Shown here: positions 26,106 through 40,169 of the stretch, in pieces
Layout: every line of letters begins with the position of its first letter
How positions within the stretch are numbered: the first letter of the stretch is position 1
DNA from: Octopus bimaculoides
Taxonomy: Eukaryota
Direction: 5' to 3'
Length of the DNA stretch: 64,000 nt
NCBI RefSeq assembly: GCF_001194135.2
Contig: NC_068998.1
Span: forward strand, 43,850,122 to 43,914,121
Notes under the pieces: generated by a model
What the model was told of the DNA's origin: nothing
The model's database searches: none
What the model saw: only the letters and a program-made list of their open reading frames with translations
Program-made: the position numbers and the translations under genes

Positions 26106-27061
26106 TGTGTGGGGGTGTTACTGTTGTTGTTTTGTTCTTACTTAGGGCAGATAATTTGTTCAAAATTGCTATTTTCTGTCAGAAAGTCATTATTTGTTTC
26201 ATGTGAAATAAATCCATTCCATTGGGAATTGGTTTTCTTTTTCTCTTTGTCTACTTTGTGTAAAAAGACGTTTGTTTTTGTTCAAATTGTTGTACGTGGT
26301 GGTGGATGTTTTTAAATGATGTAACCATTTTGTTTGTAAGTGGCAGAAAAACTATCAAATCATTCAGGGAAGAATTAATGCAAACAATTTTAATTCCTCC
26401 CTTGCTATTTACAATTTATACAGTAAAAAATGTTTTGTAATGTAATTTCATTTGATAAAGATGCAGGCTTTTCGGCTACCAGATCCTGATGAAACACACC
26501 TGACTGTCTGAAAACATGTTTGACATAGACACAAGGCCAGAAATATTGGTGGAAGAGGTATTCATTTCAATTCTCCTCAGTACTTGATTGGGGACAACAG
26601 AACTGAACATCTCTTCTTTGCTGATTTTTTATTCTATATACCAGAGAAAATGGAGGCGCAATGGCTCAGTGGTTTGGGTATTGAACCCAAATTCATGACA
26701 TCAAAAAGCAAGCCTCTTATACACACAACTGTGCTTGCTCTTTCTGTCGTGTAGAGTGACTGAGACCAGTGAATTTTTCTAGTTGGCTCAATGATTATTT
26801 CATAGGTTTTGAGAAATTCTAATTAAATTTAATTTATATTAACAAAAAAAAAAGGAAAAAAAATATTTGAAATTTCTATCCCTACATTAAATCTGACTTG
26901 AATTTCAAAATTCAGATATCACATTTGGTTGTTTTAGAGAAACGAGAAGAAAAATAAACAAGAAATTACTAGGGGTGCTTATTTTTTTTTTTTAACTTTA
27001 AATTCTTTTTTTTTTTATCTACTCTTGTCATGAATAAGATTCCATGAAAGCACCAACCAAC

Positions 27062-27133
<72 letters not shown>

Positions 27134-27535
27134 TGCACACATTGACACACACACACATTCATATATACATGAAAAAATCATGCCTTCTTCCACCAGAAAA
27201 ATTTAAAGCAGATACAAACAACAAAAGCATGAAAAAAAAACAAACAATAAAAAACCAAAAAACAGACATGCCACACAGAATTACAACAAAATCAAACATG
27301 TCTTTCATTGAACTTTTAGACTGATGCGTTAAATGGAGAACATTCCTTTTTGTGTGTTTTTTTAGTTCTTTTATTTCTTTATTTATTTATTCATATTTAT
27401 AAAACTTGAACAAACCATATCTCTCAGCAAACAGAGACATTGATATAATAGCTTAGAGATTTCAACAGGAGTCTATGGAAATTTTGTGGTATAGAAATCT
27501 ATCATTACTATTATTAATTTTTTTTTCTATATTAC

Positions 27536-27575
<40 letters not shown>

Positions 27576-27946
27576 GTTATTTATTTGTTTGCTTGTTTTT
27601 TTTTGTTGTTTTATTCTTAGTTTTTAATATTTTGTAACCGTTTTGCTCGACAGATAAACACTTCACTGAAGATGAATAAATAAATATTTGGTTCTATGAA
27701 TACCTTGACTTCATTAAAAATATCTAGAAATTTCTCTCCAGAAAAATGGACAGCTTTGGCAGACAGGCAGGCAGACATGCATGCAGACATTCCTTTTGAA
27801 AGAGTTTCAAAAATAAATGCTCACATAAAATTGGTGTATATAAATATATACATGTACATGTGTGTTTATACCTATCCATGTGTCTGTGCATCTCTGTCTA
27901 TATATATATTTGTACTTATGCATATGTATACACATTTATACACAGA

Positions 27947-28004
<58 letters not shown>

Positions 28005-28684
28005 TAGATAGAGATATACATATGTATGTATGTATTTTCATTCACATATATGTATATGTGTATATTTATGCATATATATTTATATGTGTATGTGTGTGTG
28101 TGTGTGTATGTCGGTATATATGTAGATATTATGTACATTTATATGAATGTAGACACACACACACAAGCACACACATGCATCCACTTCAATTTGAAAGCAA
28201 ACAGTGAGGTGTAATAAAGTTTTGTATGTGTATAAATGTGAAGAACATGACTGTTCAGAATTCCTACTGAGAGTAAGGACTTCTTGTACATTTTCTTATT
28301 CAATTAGTATTCAAAACAACAAAAATGGAAATGAATCAGCTTTTGGTCAGTAAACAAAATTATCTGATAATTAATTGATTTTCTTTTTAATTCTTGAAAA
28401 TTTTATCATACACACATGTATCCAATCACACATAATCTCACCATTTCATAAAATCGAACACATATATGTATTTTCATACAATTAATATAATTCTAAGGGA
28501 TGTTAATAGCAGATTTGGAAGTTCAGTGATAGATAAAATACCCGATAGCAGTTAGTTATGTTTCTTTAAATTCTGAGTTCAATACCTGTTGAGGTTGACT
28601 TAGCTTCATATACCTTTTTGGATCAGGATACCTATGTTGATTTAATTACCTTCCCCTATCTCAAGGCCCAGCTACTTTGGGCAT

Positions 28685-29068
28685 TGGTTGGTTGGCACTC
28701 CGTCGGTTACGACGATGAGGGTTCCATTTGATCCGATCAAAGGAACAATTTGCTTGTGAAATTAACGTGCAAGTGGCTGAGCACTCCACAGACACATGTA
28801 CCCTTAATGTAAGGGACATTCAGCGTGACATAGAGTGTGATAAGGCTGGCCCTTTGAAATACAGGTTACAACAGAAACAGGGAGAAAGAGTGAGGGAAAG
28901 TTGTGGTGAAAGAGTACAGTAGGGTTCGCCACCATCCCCTGCTGGAGCCTAGTGGAACTTTAGGTGTTTTCGCTCAATAAACACTCACAACACCCAGTCT
29001 GAGAATTGAAACCGCGATCCTACAACTGTGAGTCCGCTGCCCTAACCACTGGGCCATTGCGCCTCCAC
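28685..29068 (-). mobile_element. SINE family B, full length, 11-bp TSD with one mismatch, between family C pieces
   Basis: ACTTTGGGCAT at 28674-28684 and ACTTTGGACAT at 29069-29079. Family C fragments at about 28525-28680 and 29085-29232. Confidence 0.88.
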
Positions 29069-30789
29069 ACTTTGGACATCACTGTAAAGTGGTAAGCTGG
29101 AAGAATCATTAGCATGCCAGACAAAATGTTTAGCAGTATTCCATCTATCTTTACGTTCTGAGTTCAAACTCTGCTGAGGTCAACTTTGCCTTTCGTTCTT
29201 TTGGAATCAATAAAACACGCACCAGTTGAGCAACTCTCTGTTAGCAACAGGATGCCTGCAGCCAATGAAAAGTAGGGACTGAACCCAGAAGCATGTGGTT
29301 AGGAAGCAAACTTCTTACCACACTACCACGTCTCAGTAATTTTTTTCATGCTTATGTTTGAAAATATGGCTTTGTTTTATTTCCCAGAGTTTCTCACTAG
29401 TAATTGCTCTAACACTTGTAAAGAATGCTACAATATTTCAACTGCTGCCATTTTAATTAAGGTTCAGAACTCTATGATTTACTTGCATAAATCAGAGAGA
29501 ACACAGCTTGATGGGGCCAACCGGAGTCAAAGTATTAGAGTCACTGCCAATGAAATTATTAAAAGTTTTCTAAGACAACAGTCTCGTTCTTGTATGCAAA
29601 ATAAAGACAAGTTAATTCAATTATATGTAACTAGGTTGGCTGCATCCTAAAGCAGTATTGTAAACTAATGAGTATTCATAAGATAATAGAATTACTGGAA
29701 AAGTAATTGGGAAGACAATTACTACCAAATTTAGAAGACGTATCTAGAATGAAAACAAACTCATTCGTTAGAAGATTGTTGAGGTTATTTGAATGTTGTA
29801 AGCAGCACCAAAACATGAGAAAGAGAATACTTTGAAGATAATTTTGAGGGTTTTGTACTACATATGAAACATTTGTGTCAAAAACCAAAAGCAGGAATGG
29901 TAATTGCAATGCTGTTAAGTTCTTTAGCTCTGGCTGACCACTACAACGCCGTGATATTGAGGTTTAACGTTAATTGGCAGAAATGAAATCTTATGGGTGT
30001 GAGGAGATATGATTGATTAAATTGATCTCGGTATATTACTGGTACTTAGTTTATTGATGGAAGATTTGCTGAGGCATAAATGGAAGGAGGAGGAGGAGGA
30101 GGGGAGGAAGATTAAAAGAAATAAAAGAAGTAGAAGGGGAAGAAAGGCAAGAAAAAGAAAATGATGATGGTGACGACAATGGCTTCAATTAAAAATGAAT
30201 GGATTCTAAGTGAACTTTGACAGGGCTTAATCAGGCAAATAAATAATGGTAACTATTTCTGCCAGCTCATCATCCCACATATTCAATGATCTCTTTATAA
30301 CATAGGAACATGGCCGTAAATTTGGGAAAACAGGATATTTATTACACTGAATCCAACAGGATGGAAAGCAAAATTGGTCAAGCAAAGATTTGAAGAGAGA
30401 ATGTTAAGGAACACCAAATATTTTAATCTGGTCGGTAACCCTAGTTGTGTTTACTATAAAAATTAAACTCTAACAGAACCAGCTAACTAGTTGTTCACAA
30501 TTTTGTTCAGTTTTGTGTTTTTTATTGCATTTTGTATTTCTTACTGGCACTTCTTATTTCAATGTTTCTTTCAATAATCTAAAATAAATGAAAGTGTTTG
30601 ACTGATGAACCAAAGAAAGGATGTAAGAGATATGTTAGGTATAGATTATTGACAACAATTTTTCATGCTTAGTTGAAATATATCCAAATTTAGATTACTG
30701 AAAATGAATGTCTTTAACTAAATACAATAGAAGATTGTATTATTCAGAAGTACACAATATTGGTTATTATTAGTAATCTTTCGTCCCTC

Positions 30790-30952
30790 TTTGTGTTCTG
30801 AGTTCAAATCCTGCCAAGATCAACTTTGGTTTTTTACCTTTCAGGGTCGATAAAAGAAGTACCAGTTTGAGCACTGTGGGTCGATTTAATTGACTTATAC
30901 CTCCACCTCCACCCATAATTGCTAACCTTGTGCCAAAGATTGAAACCAATAT
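30790..30952 (+). mobile_element. SINE family C 3' part
   Basis: ctgagttcaaatcctgccaagatcaacttt...tcagggtcgataaaagaagtaccag. Confidence 0.75.
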
Positions 30953-30974
30953 TAGCTATTATTGTTCTTTTATC

Positions 30975-31330
30975 AAGCAGTTTTGTAAAGAGGAAATCTC
31001 TGGAAGTGTGGTTCAAATCAAAAGTTTGGTTAAATGCACAAAAATTACAGAATTTTTGATGGAAGTTGAATGGCTTTACATGTAAAACAAATTGAATTTC
31101 ATTTAAAACCGAATTCCCTTTTACATCAAACAAAAGATACAGAAAACATTTTGAAAGCTTTCTCCAGAAGCAGTAAAAGAAGCTTCCAATGGATATTACT
31201 AATTGTTATAATCCCAAGACACAGAACCATTAGACTGTCACATTGGCTTGTGGGGAAATTTCCAAAGTAATTTTGAAAACTTGACATTGAATTCTTACAC
31301 TTGTCAACCAAAAATTACAGAAGCATCGAC
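30975..31330 (+). pseudogene. Decayed pogo/Tigger transposase fragment (CENP-B-type HTH region)
   Basis: Across frameshifts reads EISGSVVQIKSL...EWL...ISFKT...DTENILKAF-PEAVKEASNGY-NCYN, resembling PISGPILQEKA...GWL...ISFK...ADxExxxxFPExLKExxxGY...IYN as I recall for Tigger. Confidence 0.45.
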
Positions 31331-32842
31331 AGAGTGGCTTGATCTCACTCTTTTACTTGTTTCAGTCGCTGGACTGTGACCATGCTAGGGCACCTTCCTA
31401 ACATTTGTCATTGATCAAATCAATCGAAATACTCAATTCTTCCTTTCCACTTAAAGAGTTTAAATGAAGTTACAAAAATATATCCTTCTGTTGAAATGAA
31501 ATTTCAGTAAATTTCTATATCTTTGTGCAGCTGAGGATTGCTCTGCATTTTACATTTTGATGTAATGTTCACATTGCTTAAATAAATGGAGTCGCATGAA
31601 ACGATCGTACTGCATTAACTTTGGATATCCTTGTTCCTTATTTTGGTGCTTAATTTATAATTATATATCAGTATTTTTATTGAACTGTTAAGTTACACAG
31701 ACATAACCAAACCAACATTAAATTTCATTCAAACTGTGAGAGATAAACTTAGACACAAAGATTTACACATCTGTATATACACACACATATAACAGGCTTC
31801 CATGCAGTTTCTCTCAGTCAAATTACCTCATAAGAAATTTGTTAGCTAAGGCCTACAGTAGAAAATGCTTGCACCAGGTTATTGTGCAATGTGACTGCCA
31901 TTAAAACTCTTCCCTATGAAAAACCCTTTTACTTTGGATGTGGAAACAGCAAGCTACAATCAATACACTTATGGCTTTATTATGAAAATCCCATTCATTT
32001 TTTTTTTGTCTTTTTGTGAAATTAATAATAATAAAGTTGTAAACCTTTGAAGGTTAATTTTTTTAATAATTTTACCAAGTTAGAAGCCTCCGTTATTGAC
32101 ATATTAGAATCGTAATTGCCATGTGTTGATAATCCTTATAAAGAGCACCATATTGTGTTTCCTTTATATTTTTTTGTTTTTAATGAAAGGAATTTACTGA
32201 AAGGAAACAAAAACATTGCTAGGGTTGATTTGGGGTTTAGTGTTGGGTTTAGGGAGAAATTTCGATAGGCAGAGATAGTGAGAAAGAAAGAAAGAAAGGA
32301 AGATGAAATGTCAAATAGGGTTGTAAGGTAAATAAATGGATTAATAGAATTCTACATATTTTATTGATGTATTAAGAAGGTTCAGAAGTAGGGATTAAGG
32401 TGAGGATTTAGGTTTAATTTCAGGGTTAGGGTTGTAATGCAGCGTAAAATTTCATGACAAACGTCGATTTGTTTACTTTCATTAAATACATTTATCTTCA
32501 AATGTTTTGTAATGGTTTTATAATTGTGGAATTGCGTCACAAGAAGTATGACTTATTTGAAAAATGCCAGTATGTCGCGCAGTTTATTTGTTGATTCTTT
32601 ACTTTCATTTCACAACGTTTCGTTACATTTTCTTTTTCATTTCTAAAGGTTTTGTGATGTTTTTTTATTTACTCCCATTAATTTTTTCTCCCCATCTTCA
32701 AAGACTTTGTATTGCTTGCATTTTCTTTCATAATTCTTAGATAAATAATCAATAAAATGTGCAAGCCATTTAATACATCGATAAAGATGTGAAGAATTGT
32801 ATTAAACCGTTTGTTTACCTTGCAACACCTTTAGATATTTCA

Positions 32843-32887
<45 letters not shown>

Positions 32888-33627
32888 GTCTGTCTGTCTG
32901 TCTTGGTGAAGGGTTAAACTTCCTTTCTTCCTCCTAGTATGAAATTTATTCAGTTGTTTGAACTGCATTATACAAATGAAGCAGACGGGAGAGCCATGAC
33001 GAACTTAATTATGTAAAACAAATGCATACTAACAGATGGTTTATGTCATTCAAGCTAGAAAGTGGTGTACTGTTGTGCTTTTCTAGACAACTCAGACATT
33101 ATAAAATCTCACTTCTCTGTTCGACTGTCACTTTTCCTTGACAGACACGGTAACAAACTACGTCCCCGTTTACATGTAACGTGTAATATACTCGAAATAA
33201 AATTCTTAGAATGAATGACAACACCGTTAATTTTATTTTGCTTTTAAATCCTTTAGCATGTCAGCTATTTTTACGTGCAGTAATTATTTTAACACTGTTT
33301 AAAGTGACCGACTGGGATCAAAGTAGTGGACTGACTGACCCGTGATACTTTTGATAATTGCAAAGAAAAGATGGGATCGTTGATAACAACATCGATAACA
33401 ACTCTTATTTAACATTTTTACTTTGTTCTTCATTAATTTGAAATTAGTGTAAGCTAAAGACGTAGTGATTGCATCCAATTATACTTGTGTTCAGGTTACA
33501 TATCTATGACTAATTAGATTAATATTCACGTAACCTTGAGATCTTGTTCTTAGAATCTGAAGTTTAAATAACTAATGTTTGGAAAACCAAGATTTTACTT
33601 TCTCTTTTTTTACTTTATTATAATTAT

Positions 33628-34680
33628 TAGTTCGCCTGTTGTTGATGAGAACCAAGAAAACCACATAGGAGAAAATGGGACACGGTGTGTCCAGTTGTGG
33701 TCAACTAGTCTGAAGGTGTTGCTGCAAGTCAGACAGTGGTGGTCTGTCGTTACTGAAGGCAAAGAGATGGCTCTGGCATAGTTTGCATTTTTTTGTGCCC
33801 TTACAATCTTGTTCTGTTCGTTGAAGGTCGAACTTCTGTTGATGCAGCTTTGCCAGGCAGGACAGTCTTGCGCTTTTATTTCCCAAACATCGGAGTTGAT
33901 CTCAAAGCTCTTCAGTGAGGATTTGAGTGTGTGCCCTTGAAACGCTTTTTCTGTCCACCTTGTATGTGCTTGCTAGTTCACTGTAAAACAGTTTTTTGAG
34001 GAGTCATATGTCAAGCATTCGGACAATGTAGCTTACCCAACTGATTTACACTCTCCTCGGTAATGTGTAAATGCTTGGTAGGTCAGATGAAAAAAGATCT
34101 CCGTATCTGGGACCTTATCTTATCGGGTGATTTTCAACAGCTTTATCAGGCAGTTCATGTGGGAGAAGTTGGTGCGGTGTTCATAAACCATCCAAGTCTT
34201 ATAGATGTACAGTAGCATAGGCAGTACAACTGCTTGGTACACCTTCAATTCGGTGGCTAGCTTAATGCCTCTCCTCTCCCACACTGATTCACACAGCCAC
34301 CCAAATGCAGACCTTCTCTTGGCTTTACGTATGTCGACTTCATCGTCAATGTTCAGAGATCTAGAGTGTGCTGCTGAGGTACAGGAACTTTTAAACAACT
34401 TTCAGTCAGGGTCTCCCCTTCCACAGTGATATTTGATTCGACATCCGGCTTCTGCGGCGCCGGGTTGGTGCATGACCTTTCTCTTCGGAGTACCGATTGT
34501 GAGGCCAAAATTGTTAGAATCAGTGGAAAAGCAGGTCATGCTCTGCTGCATCTGGGCTTCTGTGGTGGTGTTGAGGGTGCAGTCATCTGCAAATAGGAAG
34601 TCATGCACTGAGTCCACTTTCCCTTTGGTCCTTGGCCTGTAACCTCCGCAGTTTGATGAGTCTACCTTCAGTTTCTGGTT
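33628..34680 (-). mobile_element. RTE-clade (BovB-like) LINE, RT and 3' fragment, frameshifted
   Basis: GRLIKLRRLQAK...DFLFADDCTL...FGLTI; SAFGWLCESVWERRGIKLATELKVYQAVVLPMLLY; GGQKKRFK; WEIKAQDCPAWQSCI. Confidence 0.92.
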
Positions 34681-35129
34681 TCGTCGTTATTGTAACGACA
34701 GTTTTTTTTTCCTAATTAGAGAGTGATGAATTCCTTCAGGGAATAGAGACGCCTTAGAGATTCTGTTGTCGGCATTTAGCATCTGGTCAACCATGAGTGA
34801 GCATATTTCAGCAAAACTACGACCAACGGTGTTTCTTCCATGATCATCCCATCTTTTTGCATATCTAGAACAACACTATCCCACGTGCCTTTCCGGTTTT
34901 AAGAGAATAAGATATAGTTAAATGCAATTTGACATCTATTTCTGACAGGTTTACAGATAGGAATGTTTGATTTCTCTCATAATTGTTTTGTGTTCTCACC
35001 GTTCGATCTGTCAACTTCAAATACCTTACAATAATCAAAGGAAAGAAAACAAAAATATTTTCCTTGCAGTGTATCATAGAGAAATTCCAACCACGTTTCG
35101 TGATTCGTTACCTCAACATCACCTTTAAA

Positions 35130-35560
35130 GGTTCATGTGGCTGAAGACATCATCAAGAGGAACCACGTCCAGTTTCTGTCCCTACTCCGCTACCGTTTTC
35201 GACGTGGTGGCCCCACCTTTCGGAGGTATTTTAGCTCTGGTGTTGAGTGCGTTTTTACTTCTCCTTTTTCTTTGGCCTGTTGTTCTTTGGTTTCTTCGAT
35301 GCATCGTCAACGAAAGTCAGCGGACAAGGACCATCCTGCCAAATTTCCTTGTAAATACTTGCCGGTGGGCTCCAGCCGCCAGCAGTCACGTGACACTATC
35401 TAAACTTCAACTAATCAATGTACGCGTAGTATTGGCCCACGCCCTCTCTGAACCTACCTTCCAACAATGTTGTGCTAGTTTCAGTTCCAGCAGCCAATGT
35501 CAACTAGCTATCTGGTGATACCAGCCTTCAAACCATCGGGGAGGAGGGCGCGCAATGAAC
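35130..35560 (-). mobile_element. Probable 5' UTR and ORF start of an RTE-clade LINE; CpG-rich
   Basis: CTCAACACCAG...AAGGTGGGGCCACCACGTCGAAAACGGTAGCGGAGTAGGG (STP...GPPRRKTV...GQ across frameshifts) resembles RTE N-termini as I recall them. Same strand as, and upstream of, the RT fragment. Confidence 0.45.
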
Positions 35561-36792
35561 AATATTATCCGTGAGTGAGAAAAGGGAAGGTGTTATACTT
35601 ATTCTATCGATATCTGAACGGTAAAATCAAAGTCAACAACAGCAGCATTTGAACAGAGAATCTACTGAGAAGTCAAGGTAATTCTCTAACACTATCGCGA
35701 TTTTAATAATTTTAAATACAAAAACACAGTTTTGAGATTATATTTATTTTAATGACACCTGAAAGGCTCCATGGAATTTAAACTCAGAACGTTAAGGGCA
35801 ATACTTAAATACTAATTTTAATATTATTAATATAAGGCAATAATATATATTCTTAATGCCTATATTTACATTTTATATCTACTGCAAATTCTAAACTAAA
35901 ACAATGAGATGCCAGCAGATTTCTACCTGAGTGTAGTACTGCCGAAATTAGCATCGAATTGCCTACAGATTTTAAAAAATGAAACTTTAGACAATGTGGT
36001 TCTAAAATGTCTTTTAGCATAGTTGGATAATATTCTTTCCTGAAAATAAGAAATGTGGTAACGATGGTGGGGGGGGGGGGGGTCGATCGTTTATTGAATG
36101 TCCCTCCCATTTCTTACAGCATCGTTGTAAGAAATGGGAGAATCATTCAGTAAAATATTAGTTTAAGCAACACATACATTAATTTTTCCCACTTTGAATT
36201 AGATATCTGAAGCTTACTTTATCGTGCGCTAAATTTTCATCGTTCGACTGGAAATCAAGCCATGACCGTCATGTCTTTTTCCCCTCTTGCAAATTATAAT
36301 CAGAACGTATTTACCCAGTATATCAATGTGCAGTTTTGAAAGACTAGAGCACGTAGCTGTGTAGAAGCTCCTACATTGTCTGAAACTTCTCATATCATAT
36401 CATAAGGTGGATAGTCCTTTTTTTACACAGCACTTTTCGAAGTGTTCTCTGCTAATTTACTGTTTATTTAACCGCCATAATAAATCTGATGTTTCTCTAA
36501 CAAGAATTACAAGAGTTACAAAGAGAATGGTTGACATTTAGGTTTATCAAAAAGTGTAATCTCCGTTCAAAACAGCCATGCAGCTCCTTTGGCTTATAAA
36601 TTATTGACTGATATTTGTTTTCCTTTTTATTATCTGAAATAAAATAAACAATAACTTTTAATACACATTATAAATACAATAATCTGTTTGTTATACAATG
36701 TTTATGCATAAACAGGTTATTGTACGTGATATAATCATGTGCCGGAATTGTGAGGCTGCTTTTAAGTGAGTGAGGCTAATATAATCGAGGAC

Positions 36793-37195
36793 AGGGGTTC
36801 TCAACCGGGAACCATATGGCTCTTGGGGGGGGGGGTCCACACAAGACTTTGTTTTTAAAAATTACCTGCAATAAATTGGCTTTAGCTCAACAATACACAA
36901 AATATTTTAATAATTATTTTTATTTAATTCCTAATAGTATTTAAATACAAAAATATAATGGTTTCAAATTTTGGCACAAGGCTAGTAATTTCGGGAATGG
37001 GGTTAAGTCGATTACATCGAACCCAGAGCTCAACAGGTATTTATTTTATGCTTTTCTACTTGAGGCACAAGGCCCTCAATTTTGGGGGAGGGGGCCAGTC
37101 GATTAGATCGACCCCAGCACGCAAGTGATGCTTAATTTATAGACCCCGAAAAGACGAAGGGCAAATTCAACCTGGGCGGAATTTGAACTCAAAAT
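36793..37195. mobile_element. hAT-like 5' fragment followed by two minus-strand SINE family C pieces
   Basis: caggggttctcaacc...ggtccac; tcaaattttggcacaagg...; gaccccgaaaagacgaagggcaaattcaacctgggcggaatttgaactc. Confidence 0.65.
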
Positions 37196-37814
37196 GATAG
37201 GATTTAAACAAACTTTTTTTTTTTTTTTTTACATCAAATAGCTAGAAGAGTCCATTTGAGTAAAATAGGAATCGAAAGAGCCCATAGGCAAAAAATAATA
37301 ATAATAATAATAAATCGCTGAGAAACACTGATCTAGTTTTCCTAATGAGTGAAAATAGTCAAAACAGTTTATATCCATTTATTCAAATGTTCGTGCTTAT
37401 ATGCAAAAAAAAACAAAAAAAGTGAAAAAAAAACAAACAATCGTTCTGCGTCCGTTACCTATATTATTTCGTGGTTGGAAGATTTGAAAGATGTCGATAA
37501 AAATTTGAAACACAAGTAGTAAAAAATATTGATCATATGATGTCATTCTAAGAGAGGTAAACAATTCTAATTAGAACCCTTTATTAAATTCAACACAATT
37601 TTCTATCGGACCTGTCAGATTCTATCGAAATTCTTTTGATGGTTCCCAGTTTGGAAAGCAAATTCCAAAGTAATTGCTCATATTCCCTTCGTTCGTCCAT
37701 TCTTTGTAATATGGGAAATATAGTCAGAGAATTTCATCTCTCATGTATCATTTTTGACCGAAGGTGTAACTCTAGTTGTTGGCCAACTATTGTTCATTTA
37801 GCTGTAGCATATCA

Positions 37815-37992
37815 TCGATCTTGTGTCAGTCATTGGACTGCGATCGTTTTGGGACCCGCTGAGAGGCGTTTTTAGTTAAATGAATTGATCCCAGTACGTA
37901 TTTTTTTTAAAGCAGCTATTCTATCAGGCAGTTACGGGGATGTAAACAAACCAGTATCAGTCCTCAAGTGGTGCTGGAGGACAAGCGCATCC
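37815..37992 (-). mobile_element. SINE family A 3' half running into an assembly gap at its internal microsatellite
   Basis: cagtcattggactgcg...gttacggggatgtaaacaaaccag, then (TA)n and N. Confidence 0.75.
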
Positions 37993-38011
37993 ATATATAT
38001 ATATATATATA

Positions 38012-38163
38012 NNNNNNNNNNNNNNNNNNNNNNNNNNNNNNNNNNNNNNNNNNNNNNNNNNNNNNNNNNNNNNNNNNNNNNNNNNNNNNNNNNNNNNNNN
38101 NNNNNNNNNNNNNNNNNNNNNNNNNNNNNNNNNNNNNNNNNNNNNNNNNNNNNNNNNNNNNNN
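38012..38163. other. Assembly gap
   Basis: N run. Confidence 0.99.
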
Positions 38164-40169
38164 TTTTTCTGTTCAGTTGCTTTTTAATGTTGACCAAACC
38201 ATAATGAGAGGTGCTTCTCATGGAAACTTCAAATGTCAGAAGCCAAGTTGCCAACGAATTCATCACAGTGTCATAGGCATACGTTTCCTCAATGAAATGG
38301 ATTTCAGATATCCTTCTCCAACGTAGAACATACTTTGTAATTTGTTTGATCAAAGCATTGGCAGAAAGAAGCGATTTATTGCAAACGAGGCCTCAAAATA
38401 CGTATGTCGATAATGGATTTGAACTATCGATTGAGATGGTGTACTGCCCCTAATTACCCTCCCAATTTTCTAAGGATCTTTTTTTAATTTCATGGAAACT
38501 GGAGTTCTGAGACAAAATGATTTTGTTCCCTTCTGCACAATATTATAACAACAGAGGATATCAAATGAAACTTCGTTTCCCATCTCTTCCATATTTTTTG
38601 TTAGTAATTTGACATCTTGCCTATCTGTTAACAATGAATATGTGGCTTACCGTAAATTTGATAAATTGTATGATTGTGTACAAGATCTGGACGAGGTTTA
38701 GTCCGAAAGAGAAATGAAACGACCGATTTCATTTGAGCTTTGCATCCAATATTGACTGTATATATTCTTATCATTACTTGAATAAGTTGGAATAACTATA
38801 AAGAATTCGTCTAAAATCATGGGGCTCCTAGTTTCTATTTGAGTTGTTCTCAAAGCAAAGATAGGTCAAATTTCAGTTCGAATTCAATTTTCTTGTTTAT
38901 TTATTTATAGTTATTTTTTTCAAAATTTACCAAGTAAATTCTCCCGGTTTGTAGGATTGATTAGATTATGCAATAGAAGCAAACCTGTTGGTGATTACTT
39001 TGGTCGGCTGTATTGATGATCATGAGATAATGAAACAGTAACTACAACCACAGAAATCATTTTAATAGAAGCCTCTGGTAGTACTTGCCAAGTATACTAT
39101 GGTTTATTTCAGCAACCGATGAACAAGAACCATTTATTTTTATTGGTTTTAGTTGAAAAAGTTTAGCATTCTTTGTTGGTTAGCATTATTGGGCATTCCT
39201 GAAATTGCTTAATAATCTTATAAAACAGTCTCTTTTTTTTTTTAAGAAAACAAGACATTTCCCCGGCAGGTGTTCGTTGTTTTATTAAATTATATTTACC
39301 AGACAAATTAAAGGTTTTAAACAAACCATTCGGACAAGTAATATCACATATGAACACTAACGTAACTTATGTTTGGAGTGAGTTCAGAACAGACAGGTAA
39401 TGTTTCTATACTTGTGGCAAGAACACATAGCCAGTATGATGCTTTCTATACCTATTTCTCTAATCATTATACATTTATTGAATGTTGTAGACCTGCTGAA
39501 TTGAGCCATATGTAATTAAGACGTATGAAAAGTCATATTTTACAGTCATCTTCAGTTTGATATGTCATATAAAAATCTTCTAAATAATAATTTTTCGAAA
39601 TGTTAACTGTATTTTTGTACGTGTTTATATTATGGTGTTCTCAACTCCCTGCATGAGCATTTTTAATATTCCTGGCTTGATTCCGTCTGTGTATGTGTAT
39701 TCTTGTCACATACCTTCCTCTATATCATATACGCGCAAACGTTAGGTAGATGCATTGAAAAGACAGACATTTGCCTTCAATGTTTTAAAACTCCCCGTGT
39801 TACACATATTGTCAACAGCAAAAGCTAGTCATTATATATATATATATATATATATAAGAAGAAATATAAATTAGTCTTATTTCATAAAGACACTGAATCA
39901 CAATTTAATTCTTATATATAGGAATAGCTATAATCATTTCCAAGTTAATTTCTGTGTTAATCACTGGGTTTGATTGATTCTTGACTCCCTTCTCTCGGTC
40001 AATTGTAGAGCTGTCATTCACATTGGTAGAGGTTACAATAGTATTACAGAGGTGTGGACTGTGTGTCTTCCCCATTGTCAGCTCGTCTTTCCAAGCAGTC
40101 CGCTTGTCTTTTCAATATGCTTAACTGTCTTTCCGGTATGTCAGTGGCTACCACAACAAATCCTTAGAT

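Noticed and set aside
26480-26525. CTGATGA...GAAA as a second hammerhead
   Set aside because: No convincing stem II, stem I or NUH.
12921-29068. SINE heads as genuine tRNA genes
   Set aside because: The heads run directly into shared SINE bodies, carry TSDs and differ between copies; no clean acceptor stem is evident.
29348-29650. 100-codon plus-strand ORF
   Set aside because: No recognisable homology or matching donor; at most a faint Tigger-like phrase (EIIKSF).
32215-32440. TTAGGG-like runs as an interstitial telomere
   Set aside because: Few, highly degenerate units; more likely G/T-rich low complexity or a transposon interior.
35135-35518. Plus-strand 127-aa ORF with a hydrophobic stretch
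   Set aside because: Best explained as the antisense of the purine-rich RTE-like 5' region; no splice or homology support.
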